Source: Chlorokybus atmophyticus
Lineage: Eukaryota > Plantae > Mesostigma and Chlorokybus algae
Assembly (NCBI GenBank): GCA_009103225.1
Contig: RHPI01002069.1
Coordinates: 645,378-709,377, forward strand
Length of the DNA: 64,000 bases
Reading direction: 5' to 3'
Shown: positions 40,924 through 53,243 of the stretch, one piece after another
Position numbering within the stretch: the stretch's first letter is position 1
Layout: the number at the start of each line of letters is the position of its first letter
Notes under the pieces: generated by a model
Seen by the model: only the letters and a program-made list of their open reading frames with translations
Told to the model about the DNA's origin: nothing
The model's database searches: none
Program-made: the position numbers and the translations under genes

Positions 40924-43900
40924 TCAACAGGCAGCAGCGGCGTCATCAGTGTTTCCTTGTTTCAGCAGCAACACATGGCGCATGAACTGCTTGGCAGCGA
41001 TATCGCGTTTCGTGTGGGAGCCCAAGGCATTGTGCACAAGCGCCAAAAAGTGGTGCGCCTCAGAGGCCCCTGCGTGCGCATCAAGGGCGTCGTAGCACTC
41101 GGCCGCCTCCATCAGATGCTCCACGATCTCTTCGTACTGCCCGTTCATGCTTTTGAAAGCCAGCATGCACCGCGCAATGGCCCCGTGCACCCGAGCACGC
41201 TGCCTTAATGTCCCGTTCGCCAGCAGCACAGGCAACACCTCACGAAGCTGCATGTATGTGTGTGGAATCAGTAGAGCAAGATGTAAATTGTGCAATTGCA
41301 CTGACACCCGCACGCGCACGCATGCATGCCCATACACACATCCACACCACGCACCATAGTGAGTGCGGCTGGGGCATTGCGGTCGCTGATGGCCAGCCAT
41401 AGCTGTGCCAGAAGGACACGTGCTTCAGCAGCGAGGGTATCACGGGCAAGGGCATCGCGGTGTGCGAGCGAGGCGCACGCGACGGCATGCGGGAGCGCAC
41501 CACCGGGGTCACCCGCAGCCAGGAGCGCATCCCCCAGCCGCAGCATGCACCGGGCCAGGTCCCCGCGCCTTCCCCGCACGCTCGCACACTCGTACTCTCT
41601 TACCAACACCTCATACGCCTGCATACAAGTCACTCACCCTCCTCGAAAAGCACGCGGCCTTGCCCACGTGTACACATCCAACCACATTGGGTACCTCCTC
41701 ACAGCAGCCTTGCGCGGACAGAGTGTCCGCCCGTCGCATGGCAGCCTCGAAGCAAAGCGCCGCCTCGTCTCCCGCCACCGCCTTCAGCTTCGCGTCTAAC
41801 GCATCGGCAGCGCACAAATCCCCTCTGCTCACGAGTGTTTGATGCAAAAGCATGCATTCGCATCCGATACATCAGTCAACTTCGTTAACCTGTTCAAAGC
41901 CCAGTCGTGGCGTATTATCAGTTCCGCCGCAAGCAGCGCTTTGGGCAGAGGCTGCGTTGGCGTAACGGCGTGGCGCTTGGAGGCAGCGTGGAGCACGTGC
42001 AAGCCTGCGGCGGGGCCATCATGCTCGGCCGCGTGGAGCGCAAGCTGCGCGCACGCCAGACCCGCGTCCTCCGCACTGCTATGATACTATGTCAACCATG
42101 ACATGGACAGGCTTGACATCACTATCCTGAGTTTTTACCTGGCGGTGTCACTGTAGCACGCCGCATGCAACAGCGCGTGCAACCTCTCCATGTCCGCACT
42201 GCAACACGTGAGCCAACATTACACAGTAATTAGCTGAGCAACACGACATGAAGACTCCTCACTAGCAGCTGCCACTCACCTGCCGTACAGGTTCCACGCA
42301 GCCGAGGCCAGCAAATGTGCGCTACCCGCGAGCTGCACCAACGCCCATCACACGACATTCACACCCACAACAGACACATCCGCATATGTGTTCTCACCCT
42401 GGCCATGGCATCGTCACCGAGGGCGGATCCATTATCAGCGGCCTCGCTGCATCCCCTCAGCAACTCACGCACGTGCCTCAGGACACCTCCCTCGCACGCA
42501 TGCTCATCATCCGCATCGTGAACACCGTGGTGGACGTGGAAGCGCGCGAGTGTGAGGCGAGCAAAAGCCGCAAGGTGTGGGAGTTGAAGACCGTCGGCAC
42601 GGTGGGCGCACTGTTTCAGGAGGGAGAGAAGCCGCGTGGTGGTGTCGTCGTTGTTGGCGCTGTCGTCGATGATGTCCGCGAGGGGGTGAGTTATTGTTGT
42701 GCTGGAGGAGGAGTTGCCGCCGGAGGATTCGTGCTGCAGCAGTAGCAGGTGGCAGAGGTGAGCCAGCACGTGGGCGAGACACGCCTCGTCGCCGTTCTGC
42801 TGCGCCACTCTCACCGTCTCACTCAACGCCTGCATCGCCTCCTGGACAAGAGAAGCAGGTGAGTGAATGAGTGTGGTTGTGTGTGAGTGCGTGCATCTGT
42901 GCGCGCGCGCGTGTGTGCATGCAACAGCAAGTGAGTGCACACCTGTGCAGATGCTTGAGCCACTTGCATGCATATGTGTTGACATGTGTGTGTATGGCCA
43001 ACTGTAACTAGCTCCAACTTCGAGTCTCACCTGTGTGTGGCCGAAACCAAAGTGGGTAGCGCCGAGACTAAGCGCCGCCGACTGAAACCTCCCCATGCTG
43101 CTGCTCTGTCCACCTTCCCTCCCATCCACTCCAACCCCAAACGCAGAGCCCACCCCACCAGTACAGTCAAAGTACCTGTGCAGGCTGTCGAGCGCAGCAG
43201 GCAAGTCCCGCGCACGCAAATGCCGCACGTACGCGAGGTAGTGCCCATTAGGGAGTGGCAATTGCTCCAACGTGTCACTTGCGCTCTTTGCGTGTGTTGC
43301 AGACGATTGACGTTGACTCGCGTGGGCGATCTCGGCCTGGATGTGGGCGTGCAGCTGGCCGCGCATGCGCGGTGCTGATCGGAAGGAGGACGGTGTGAAT
43401 GTGGATGAGGTGGTGAAGGAGGTTGGGTCAAGGCTGCTGCGGTCGAGGCGGTAGTTGCTCACGTCCGAGAGGAGACGGCAGACGGCCTCGAAGGGGAGCT
43501 TGTCGAAGGAGAGGAGGCAGGTGCGCAAGAAGAGGCCGAGGACGCTGCTGGGGTCGACGCCACCGTTGCTGCCACCCCTGCTCACGGTCTCTGTACGTAT
43601 AGAATACGGATAACATTGGCTCACGTCTGAGTTGAACATGTGCGTACGGCACAACACGCATACAGACACGCACGCATGTTTTTGCGTGTGCATGAGTGTG
43701 TGTTGTGCGCTGTGTAGCGCATGCATAAACAGCACCCTAAACACACGCACACGCACGTGCACGCATCCATGCACGCATGCAGTCACTAGTCTGTTGCTCA
43801 GCAGATTAACATCTGCACATGCGCACTTGCCTCGCATCCGTTCAAAGAACGTGTGGACGTCATCCGGGCATTCCAGTCCCGCGAGCATCTCCGACATTGC

Positions 43901-44702
43901 TCCCACAACTCCATCCGCGTACTCTTTGTCCTCCTCCACCTCATTCTCGTCGCGGTCCCCCTGAGGCGACCGCAGCAGGCAGGCGCGCAGACGGAGAGAG
44001 AGAAGGGAAAGGGAGGGCTCAGTGGCTTCGGGGGGGACGCGGGTGGCGTCCACCTGGTTAGGGGAAGCAAGGGTGGTAAGGTGGATGTGTGTGCGAGGGA
44101 GAGCACATGCGCACAACTGCGTACACTGAGGGAACAAACACAATGCAGAGGGTGGGTGCACATGCACAGAAAGTGGGTCTGCATGCCCACATGCAGACCC
44201 ACTCGGTGCATGTATGGGGACACAGGCTTGTTGACATATACGTGCATCACATGAAGATTTGCTCCATTTGAAGTGTGAACCGCATGCAATGCAGTAATCT
44301 TGTAACGTCCCTAAATGTCATCAGGTAGCAACAGTTCTGCAACCGGTATTATATATATATAGACACCTACTACTCTCTTGAACCCGGCATTGCAAACACA
44401 CAAGGCCACTCTCTACTACCGCAAGAATGCAATTGTATGCGATTCAGGTATGTGCAACACAATCACACCTCTTTCAGCAGGAAGAGTCCCAGCCTGTTCT
44501 GCGTGCGCACAGGCAGCGCATTGTTGCTACTACTGCTACCGCCAAAGTCATTCCTTGTGCTAGGACCAGCAGGCAGCTCCTGGTCCTCGTCCTCGTCCTC
44601 GTCGCCGCCAGCGTTGAGCTCAGGGGGCGGCGGCGGCGGCGGGGAGTACAGCCCTGCCAGAGCGCACAGACTCAACCGGTACGGCGTCAACCGCAAGTCC
44701 AT
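40924..44702 (-). CDS. APC5: Anaphase-promoting complex subunit 5
   Basis: MDLRLTPYRLSLC..., ALDSLHRYFD...FQSAALSLGATHFGFGH, EAMQALSETVRVAQQNGDEACLAH, and a C-terminal TPR region ending EAHHFLALVHNALGSHTKRDIAAKQF. Stop TGA 40926-40924. Confidence 0.88.
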
Positions 44703-46062
44703 CGCCGCCGCCCACACACCCACCGCCGCTGCCAACAGCAATGGTGCACTTGGTGCGTAGGTTAGAAGCGTTGTGCACGTTGTTGGCGATGTTGACGGTG
44801 TGGGCGGCGCCGGTGCTTGCGGCGTCAGCAGGCGGTTGCAAGCCAACATGCCGCCGCCTAGGCGCTGTCTACACTGGCGGGCGGCGGCGGTGGAAGCAGC
44901 TTGCGAAGGAGAGTTTGGTGCGGGCTGAAGCGAGGCAGCTGCTGTCAACTAGCACTGGTATGCTGCCAAGCTGCAGCTGGTGGTGACTGCTCCATGCTCT
45001 GCCTCTGCTTTGCGCTGCCGATACTCTGCATGAGAGCCAGCACTGCATTCTCTTGGTTGAATGCGTTTTGCCTGGGGAGCAACATCAACGCTGAGCCTGC
45101 AACATTACTAGTAGTACTCAGGCTAAGGTGAATAGTAGGACTACTACTGATAGCGTGTTTGCCAACCCGCAATCTCTGGACTACAAGCACAAGCGCATTA
45201 CAAGACTGCGTGTTGCTTCTTTAAGCTGCACTAGAGCATTGCAGCACATGGTGTCCACCCTTTCACATGCTTTGTCAACTGCAGTTTGTCATGCATGCTA
45301 CATTTCCAAATGGCAAGTAGCGCGCACATGCCTAGTCCAAAACTCGGAATCTCCTGCGTTTGGATCCAACGTTATCGCATCCAGCTGGGCTTGCTGCAAG
45401 TAGCTTTGGTCAGTTCAAGGCTGCTTGCTGGCATTGGTATATTGCTGCCTCATGTGCGTCAGTTTCGTACCAACAATGCTTGGCCACCCGTTGGCAAGAT
45501 ATGTTACCCTTTGCACAGGGTTAAATTACAGGAGCGTGCTTTTGTGTGTGCCTGCTCGTGTTGTTACCAGCCGTTGCGCTGTCCCATTGCCAACAACTAG
45601 AGCATATGTAGGGCTGCGGAGGCAATGCTTCACCAGCACAATGCTAGTTGCAAGGCACCGTTAGCTGCTGCTTGAATTGTCAACTGCTCGCTAACATGTC
45701 TGGAAATTTCTTTCAAGCTTATGCACTTCTGACTTGCTGACTTGTGACTGTGACTTGCGCAGTGCAGCAGTCATGTTGTCCCTTGCTCGCATCACGAGAG
45801 CCATCACATGCAGTGTCACTGCGCCGCGCTTCTGCAACTCTTTGCATACGTAAGGCGTCAGCTTGGTTGATTGTCAACAGACTTCATTGCAGCCGCTACA
45901 CTTCACAACGCTTCATTGCAGGCAACTACAGTGCACATATGCGGTACAATTACGATATGCATGTGGCACAGCCAATGTCCATGATGCTGCTGTGGACAAA
46001 AGCAACAAGGTGAGCTGTTTCTTCTCCCCCAAGCCGCGCTGATGCTTGCTCAAAACTTGTAG

Positions 46063-46978
46063 CTGTTGGTGCTGCGCACTCATCAATGTCCAAGGGGCAG
46101 CTGTCAGAAAGGCGGGTGCGCAGGCCTCGATTGCCCCCATGGTCAGAAGCTGAGCAGCAAGGTGTGCGCCGGTTCTTGGAGGGGTTATCTCTTCCTCCGT
46201 AACAAGTGGCGTATTTGATGAAAAAAGGCATGTCCACGTCATTTTACCGCAATCCTGAAACGCTGGAGCGACGTCTTGATGAGGCACGGCTTGTCGAATA
46301 CCAATGTTAAAGAAATCTTTGTGCTTGTGGTTGCGGTGTCGTGAAGTTGTGAAATTGCAGTTGCAGAAGCTGATTCCCAATTTGAGCACGTCACAAGTGG
46401 CCACTCTTTTGCTTGTGTGTGTAAAGCTACCTGAGCGTCTTGCGAACAATTTGTCAAGGCTCAAAGCGCTTCTGAGCATCAGTGATGAGGACCTCTACGT
46501 GATGCTGCGCAGTGCGCCTCAGCTGCTCACTTGCAAACCGGAGGCTGTGGCTGAAAGACATACTGCCTGGCGGAGGTATTTGGCCGTCGATCATGCACGA
46601 ATGGTTGTGCTACTGAAACGATGCCCGCTATTGGTTTACAACAATGTTGCTTCCGTGCGGAGCAAGCTTCAGACATTGTTAGACGCCTTGAAGGAGTGCA
46701 AGCTGGGCAACGGGCAGCTTGCCATGCAGACTTTCATGTATCACCCAGGAGTGGTTGTTTGGGCATCATGTGAGCGCATACAAACACGCATCAAGCAGCT
46801 AGCCACTGAGTTTACTGGTGGAGCGAAGTACGCGGTCAGCATCGACATGGTACAGAGCATTAACATGCAGAGACCATGTGCTCGACCGCTTGTTGTTTTG
46901 TCGGCAGCATGCAGTTCACTTGGCAGCCTCAACAGCCATGCACTTCTCTGCAGCCTCCTGGCAAACCAGGTTTCCTGA
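46063..46978 (+). CDS. mTERF-like repeat protein; partial model with uncertain 5' and 3' exons, possibly a pseudogene
   Basis: Repeating helical units RNPETLERRLDE|LQKL, LPERLANNLSRLKALL, MLRSAPQLLTCKPEAVAER, LLKRCPLLVYNNVASVRSKL. In-frame TAA at 46200-46202. A candidate first exon at 44741 (MVHLVRRLEAL...) is unconfirmed. Confidence 0.45.
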
Positions 46979-47830
46979 TTCTATTCGCTGGCAACAGGAG
47001 CTTACCAAGGCACGTCAGGTGCAATTGGCAAATAGCCATTTCGTGTCAACGTCAGAGAATGTATGAGGAGCAGCTGGTATGCCAGTGCCTGGCAGCTCCA
47101 ACCTGCTCGTTGACTGTACGTAGTAGCAGGTAACACAAAGATGACTACGAGGTGTAGCGGGGGTACTTGTACTCACTCTCATGCATGCCACAATCCTTGC
47201 ACTCTATTTATTATACTACCCTCTGCTATGGAGCGTTGGCAGTTGGTGTTGACTGCTCTGCACAAGTGTGTATAGATTATGTGAGGTGCAGCTGTTAAGC
47301 GTGTCTGGTCGTCCATATCCTACCTCACTGCAGCTCAAAGCTGGGAGCCAATGCTGCGGTTGGCGCAAGAGACAACTGCCAGCCTTCAAGCCATTCAATA
47401 ATGTTGCCAAGCCAAATGGCATTGTTGGTGGATTACTGTGCTGCCACGATTGCTTGCTATCGCTGTAAGTACTGTTGGTTGGACAACCGCGTAGACACTT
47501 GTGCATGTAGGGCATGTACAAGAATGCAATCCCTCGCACTCAGCACATTAGTACAACATATTAACAGCGGTGACGCATAGACACATGGTCATGCGCATGT
47601 CAACAGTGACTCGGTATGTCTCAGGTTGCTTGTTGGGACAGTTGATGTCCTGGAGTGCTAGCGAAAGCACTGACACCAAATCTGTACGAACTGCAAAGCA
47701 CGTATGCAGGATGTGTCAGCATTTGGCGACAAAGCTTTGTCATCAACTCACTTGGCTACCGCACTACACGCACTGGTAACAGCGGTAACAGCAGTCGCCT
47801 AAGGCCACCCGCCCGCACGCACGCACGCAC

Positions 47831-50612
47831 TCAACTTTGAGCGCGCTTCACTGAGTGGTAGCACGCGAGTATGTCCTGGTCCAGCTGGTAGTAATAAGGC
47901 ATCTTGCGCAGGGGCTTGATATCCAAGTCCACCAGCGCAATCTGCATACAACATGATGTTGATCGCGACTTTTGTTGATCAGATTGATCAACAAAAGTCA
48001 GACATGCCCTGTGATTGAAAGAGTCCCTCACCTTGTATTGGAAGTCGTGGCCTGAAGCTGTGTCCACAACCACTCTCACATCACCGCGCACCGCATCAGA
48101 CCTGTGCACAACACCCTGTTGAAACAACACGCACGCACGCACACACGTAAACACACGCACACGCGCACATCGCATCCAACCAATACCGCTCGCGCCAACA
48201 ACAGTACCAAAACCCTGTGCGACTAACCTATCTGGCGTGCCAACACACTTGCCCGGCCGCAGCGCGAGCATGACGCTGCAGTCCTTGGCCGTGGCGGCCA
48301 CGAGGAAGTCCCGCAGCACGGCGCGCGACTGCTCCTGAGTCAGGGACGCCAACACCGGGTGCTCTTGTTGTGTTATCAAACAATTATCATCACCGCTCAG
48401 CCGCTTGTAAACCTTCACAACAACAGGGGTTGAATTGATGAGAGAAGTAACATGACAGACCACATGAAAGACGGATAGTGCTGAGAGAAGAGGTTGTGTT
48501 GTTTACCTGGATGGCGCCCTCGATATCGTACTTGTCGAGTCGCTGCGCCTCGAGCAGCCTCGTGAGGAGCGCCTCGCGGCGGAGGACCTCTGCCACAACC
48601 CTCTGCAGCACCTCCACACGCTGCCTGCTCAGAGTACACGTGGAAATGTTGTGTCAACTCCCCAATTGTTTGGTGTGTAACACAAGTTGAGTTCAACAGC
48701 AGGCAAGTTCGCGCAACAACAGCTCCAAGCTGGTGTCAACCATCAACAGGGAGCTGTTGTTGTGTCACCTCACTGTCGTGCAATGCAACGAGAGAGTGCT
48801 CCTAACCCTGGCAGAGAGGGGCATATTCCCGCATCACCGAGGCCCGCATCGAGTCTCTGCAAGTCATCCTTGTCTTCAACGCCTTTAGTTAGCTGCTTGC
48901 TGGCACCGAGGGCGCCGTAGAGAGTGCGTGATGATAACGAGAAGGAGGAGGAGGAGGAGGAGGAGGAGGAGGTGCGGATGGAGAGGTTGCGTTGGGGTGT
49001 GTGGAAGAGGTGTGCGATGGCGCGGGCGATGCGTGCGGGGTCACCAGAGAAGAGGTCTGGAGGGGAGTACCCACTGACCAAGGCAATCTATGACAAGAAG
49101 TGAATGGTATCCCGAGTCACAACAACGACAAGAGCTAACCGACATATGTTTGCGCGTGCACCTCGCCTCGTGCTAGTTTGTACTGTTCGTGCATCTCGAA
49201 CCGCGACACGCTGCTCTTCAACAGCCTGTTCCCCGGGGAAACAGTCTCGGCATCCGCCAAAAAGCCACACTTGGGCTGCGCAGAAAGATCACTTGTGTGA
49301 CAACGATTGCATCCACGCACACGCACACGCACAGGCACACTCACACGCACACGCACATACCTTGATCTCAACCACAACCACCGCAGCCCCAACGCTCCCA
49401 TCCTCTTCCCCTCCCATCCTCGCACGCTTGAAATACGTGTGGTCTGGCAACATCAAACCGCCACTAGCCGACTCATCTACACGTCCCGTGGACGCCGTCT
49501 CCTCCGCCAGCTGCGCGTTCTTTTCACACAGCCACGCGCGGGGAACACTCACGGGTTCCTGTGCTGAGGGTGAGACCGAGGATGAGATGTTGGCGGGGAG
49601 GAGTGGATGTGGATGTTGGGGTGTTGGGGATATGATGAAGTCTTACCCCGGGGTGGACGTAGGAGGGGCCGAGGAGGGGGAGGAGCACGTCGCGGACGTA
49701 TGCGTGGACGCGGGCGGCACGAGAAATGCTGATGGCGACCTCAGGAAACTGTGTAATGACAAGCACACTGTGTTTATGCGCGTGCGTGCATGCGCGCGTG
49801 CCTGTGGGTTCACGTAAGTGCCTGTGGGGTGCGCGTGCACGTGCATTCATACTTGCGTGCATGTGCGTGTGCATGTGGTATACCTACGTTACATGATACA
49901 ACCAACAACGGCAAGGACATTGAGTATGGTACGCAAACATCCTCTTTTCCCGGTGGTGCTCACCTTCTCCCACACGGCGCGCTCCAGCGCATCCACCGAG
50001 TCCCCAGCACTCGCGTTAGAACTCTGCTTGTCTCGCTGCTTCTGAAGCCTCAGCACCTTGCCCACCTGCAGCGAGAGAGAGAACAGATCCATGACATCAA
50101 CCTTGCAGCGCATATCTCGTGGACTCGGACATGAGGCTGACGAGAATCAAGATGGAGGACGAGCGCATGTGGGTGAAGCACAAAGAGAGAACGTGACGCT
50201 GACAAGCGGTTGGGTGTTTTTGCTAAAGTGTTGTCGGAGGAAATGTTGGGGCAAGCAGAAGGAGAGAGGTTGGTGATGAAAGGCGGGTTCAGTAAGCAAG
50301 AAGGGACCGCTCATTGTGATGGGATGCATGCACTCAATCCGTAATAGCTGCACCCACGTGATACACTGAACTTGACAGTTGGTTTAGAATGTGCGTCCAC
50401 GACGAGGGGATCTCAACCAAACAGCACGCATGAATGGCTGAGTGAGTGATTACCAAGTCGGGGTCATTGCCGGCATATGCCAACACGACGCTCGCCGCCC
50501 CCTCGCCGCGGTAGCGCCACGCCCGGGGAGTCCCCACAGCGCAGGCGCCGCTTTCATCCTCCTCTCCGCCCTCGTCCGCCGCCGCCGCCGCCATCGCCAC
50601 CTCCTCATACAT
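47831..50612 (-). CDS. IPK1: Inositol-pentakisphosphate 2-kinase
   Basis: WRYRGEGAASVVLAY, VGKVLRLQK, VVVEIK|PKCGFL, YSPPDLFSGD, DFLVAATAKDCSVM, IALVDLDIKPLRKMPYYYQLD. Start at 50612 or 50594; (GGA)n at 48943-48972 encodes a poly-Ser tract. Confidence 0.92.
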
Positions 50613-52887
50613 CTCTCAGCGTCTCAGCACTTGCCCGTCAGCTTGGTTCGACCGTGTCAGCGCCGTGGGTAGCTTCCTGGTCGTCGTGCGCGGCGGCGGC
50701 GGCGGCGTTAGTGATAGTGACAACGGCTGCGCAGCGGCGCAGCCTGCTCAGCGCAAGCCGCCTGCAGAGATAGCAACCGCACCTACTAGCCGCCGGCTGA
50801 GCTGTTAGCCGTGAGCACGGGCAAGCTGGTTTCCCTTTGAGGAGTGCACGCCTGATGGTAAGACAGGGGCTGCTGCTGGAGTTGGTGGCAGTGGCACCCC
50901 ATGCATGAGACTTGGAGTTGAGCAGTGACACGAGCATTGACTGTTGCATGGTGAAGTGAATTGCAATTGCAGTATCCACATTTGGCTGATGGCGTTGCAC
51001 AGAGTACATGCACACTGCAGACGTCGGGTGGTCTGGTACTGCCTAACATGCGTGGCTAGTACATGTGGAACAATGGGCCACACTCGAGCAGTCCGCAAGG
51101 TCTCTTGCGGGAAGCCGTGCACAGGCAATGCACAGGCAATGCACTGTTGTCGGGGCACGGTTTGAGCATGACCGCATTGATGTCAGAGCGTGATGGTTGA
51201 TTAGATGAATAGTTTACCATGTAGATGTATCATTTATTCAAGTATAAACAGGAGCCAATAAAATTGACATTGTACAGCTCCATAACATTAGTCTAATATT
51301 GTCATTAACACTGCCAGTTGGGACAAGTAGTGTAGAGGTCAATGCGGTGGGCCATTATCGCTTTACCCACATCATATATCTTAGCAACCGACGGCCCACG
51401 CAAACTTGACATCCATGTCAAACTGACCACAATTGCAATTTTAAAACATGAGGCGCACACATGTTCAACTGTGGTGACGATGTCATCACAAATGCTCAAA
51501 CGATGCGTTTGAGCATTTGTGATGTTGCGCATTACGTCACATAGCACATGTATGCCGTGACAAGATAATGTCTACACTTAATGGAGACCTCAATGTGCTT
51601 GATTGAACTCATGATCAATAAGCGACCTGTTATGACAACACTGTTGCTGGTGTATCAGCTTGCGCCACCCGCACGGCAACAGCATTAGCCCTGCGCCATC
51701 AACTCAGCGTACAATGTGTGGCAAGCAAAGACATACGTTGCACAGTGTGCAACACACATGCGGCAAAATGTAATGCGCACAATATCGAAAGTGATGTGCC
51801 ATGCTTCTACGCCTACTTACGTGTTATATAATGTATGTCAAGTATAACGGTATTGGACATTCATTAATCGGGGGCTCAGCTCAAGAACCGCTAGGGAAAG
51901 GTTAGATGTAGGCCATATCAATTTGCAAGCAATTACATGATCGTTACAATCGTGTACGGGTTGTTGAGTTTGGCAATAATTGAGAAGATACTGTTTTTGA
52001 ACTTCAAAACATCAACATTACAAAGATGCAAGATGCATCGACTTACCATATAAAACCCACGCAAATTTGCCTTTTGATCTTAAACAGACAATTTGTTGGA
52101 TTATAAGCGCGCTGAAGTTCACACTAAGGTGGAGCAGCAAGTGCTGTTGTCACAGCTTGAGAAGCAAGCAGAGCTGATAGGCGTAGCAACTTGAATGCCT
52201 GTTATTACGCATGTCTCAATATGCAATCAAGTCGCACGATTGATGAAAGGGATACTTGCACTTTGTGCCAACAAGTACATACTTTTGTGCTACTTTGTGA
52301 AGCCAACATCACTCAAGCCAAGCTCCACCACGCTTCGGAAAAAGAATATCCAAAAATTGATATCGGATTTTCGGGTGTCGGCTTGCCTTTTTCATCATGA
52401 AATCAAGATGTTTAATGGAATATTTGTTCTCAAACTCAACTTTACGGGTAAGTAAAATAATTGAATTTGTCGTGCAATTCTGTCATTCGCATGCTTTCTT
52501 ATGCTTGCATTTGAGTGTTAAATTTATATAATAAGCAACATGCTTCGCTTGTGCAAGTGTGGAGAGCATCAACCGAAATGCGATGGCAAAGACAATAAGC
52601 ATGATTATGAAATGAAATGGTGGTGTCGGCATGCTGCCGGCTGCACTTAACATTAAAACTCTTAACAATTGCACGACAATGGCATGGACAGCGATAGCAT
52701 GTCTCATATCGTATGAGGCCTTAGCCGCTTTAATATAATTACGCGTTAGCCTCATTGATGAATAACGATATTATTATTTTAACTGTACTTTAATCCAAAT
52801 TATAATCCTCAACCATCAGCGCCCTTTGCGAACATGACTTAGTGGAACACCCTCATTCCGTAATATCACAGAGAAAAGTCAGCGCAA

Positions 52888-53243
52888 ACCACAGATGGTC
52901 AAAATCGTTGTGACCACCAGATCACAGGTTGGGACCAGACTCACAACCATGTGCTTACAGTATGGTGGCGACGTCCGACGACCATTAATGGTGCAATGTT
53001 ACCACCTCGTTGCTGGTTTACGGACCATACTGGTGTGATTATAACCAAGATTCACCGCCAGTATGGTGCCGAATAATCTGCACCAGTCATGGCGGTGTGG
53101 TTACACCAGATGTGGTGCAAACGGTCAAGACCACCATGGGTTGTGATCTTCATGCCATGCATGTTGTGTTACCACCTCGTTGCTGGTCCATGAACCACAC
53201 TGGTATGGATGTAACCGGTATTCATGGCCATGAATACCGGTTA
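52888..53243. repeat. Array of ACCA-N3/4-TGGT mini inverted repeats, a 21-bp direct repeat and a terminal 32-bp perfect palindrome
   Basis: Motif copies at 52888, 52981, 53024, 53057, 53082, 53104 and 53194. TGTTACCACCTCGTTGCTGGT at 52997 and 53167. TAACCGGTATTCATGG|CCATGAATACCGGTTA at 53212-53243. Confidence 0.85.

Noticed and set aside
42359-44167. 602-aa ORF as a single-exon gene
   Set aside because: It is APC5 exons read through stop-free, CA/TG-rich introns that translate as His/Thr/Cys/Val runs. The same applies to most long ORFs in the track.
44741-45600. Separate gene between APC5 and the mTERF-like exons
   Set aside because: MVHLVRRLEAL... looks coding, but I could not build a stop-free spliced path to 46063 or a stand-alone product, so it is left unassigned.
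46200-46202. Non-standard genetic code (TAA/TAG = Gln, as in some ulvophytes)
   Set aside because: TVP38 ends in TAA, and VPS13 and TWD40-1 end in TAG at their expected C-termini. No other conserved exon examined has an in-frame TAA or TAG.
52888-53243. CRISPR-like array
   Set aside because: The context is eukaryotic, there is no constant-length repeat with unique spacers at regular period, and there are no cas genes.
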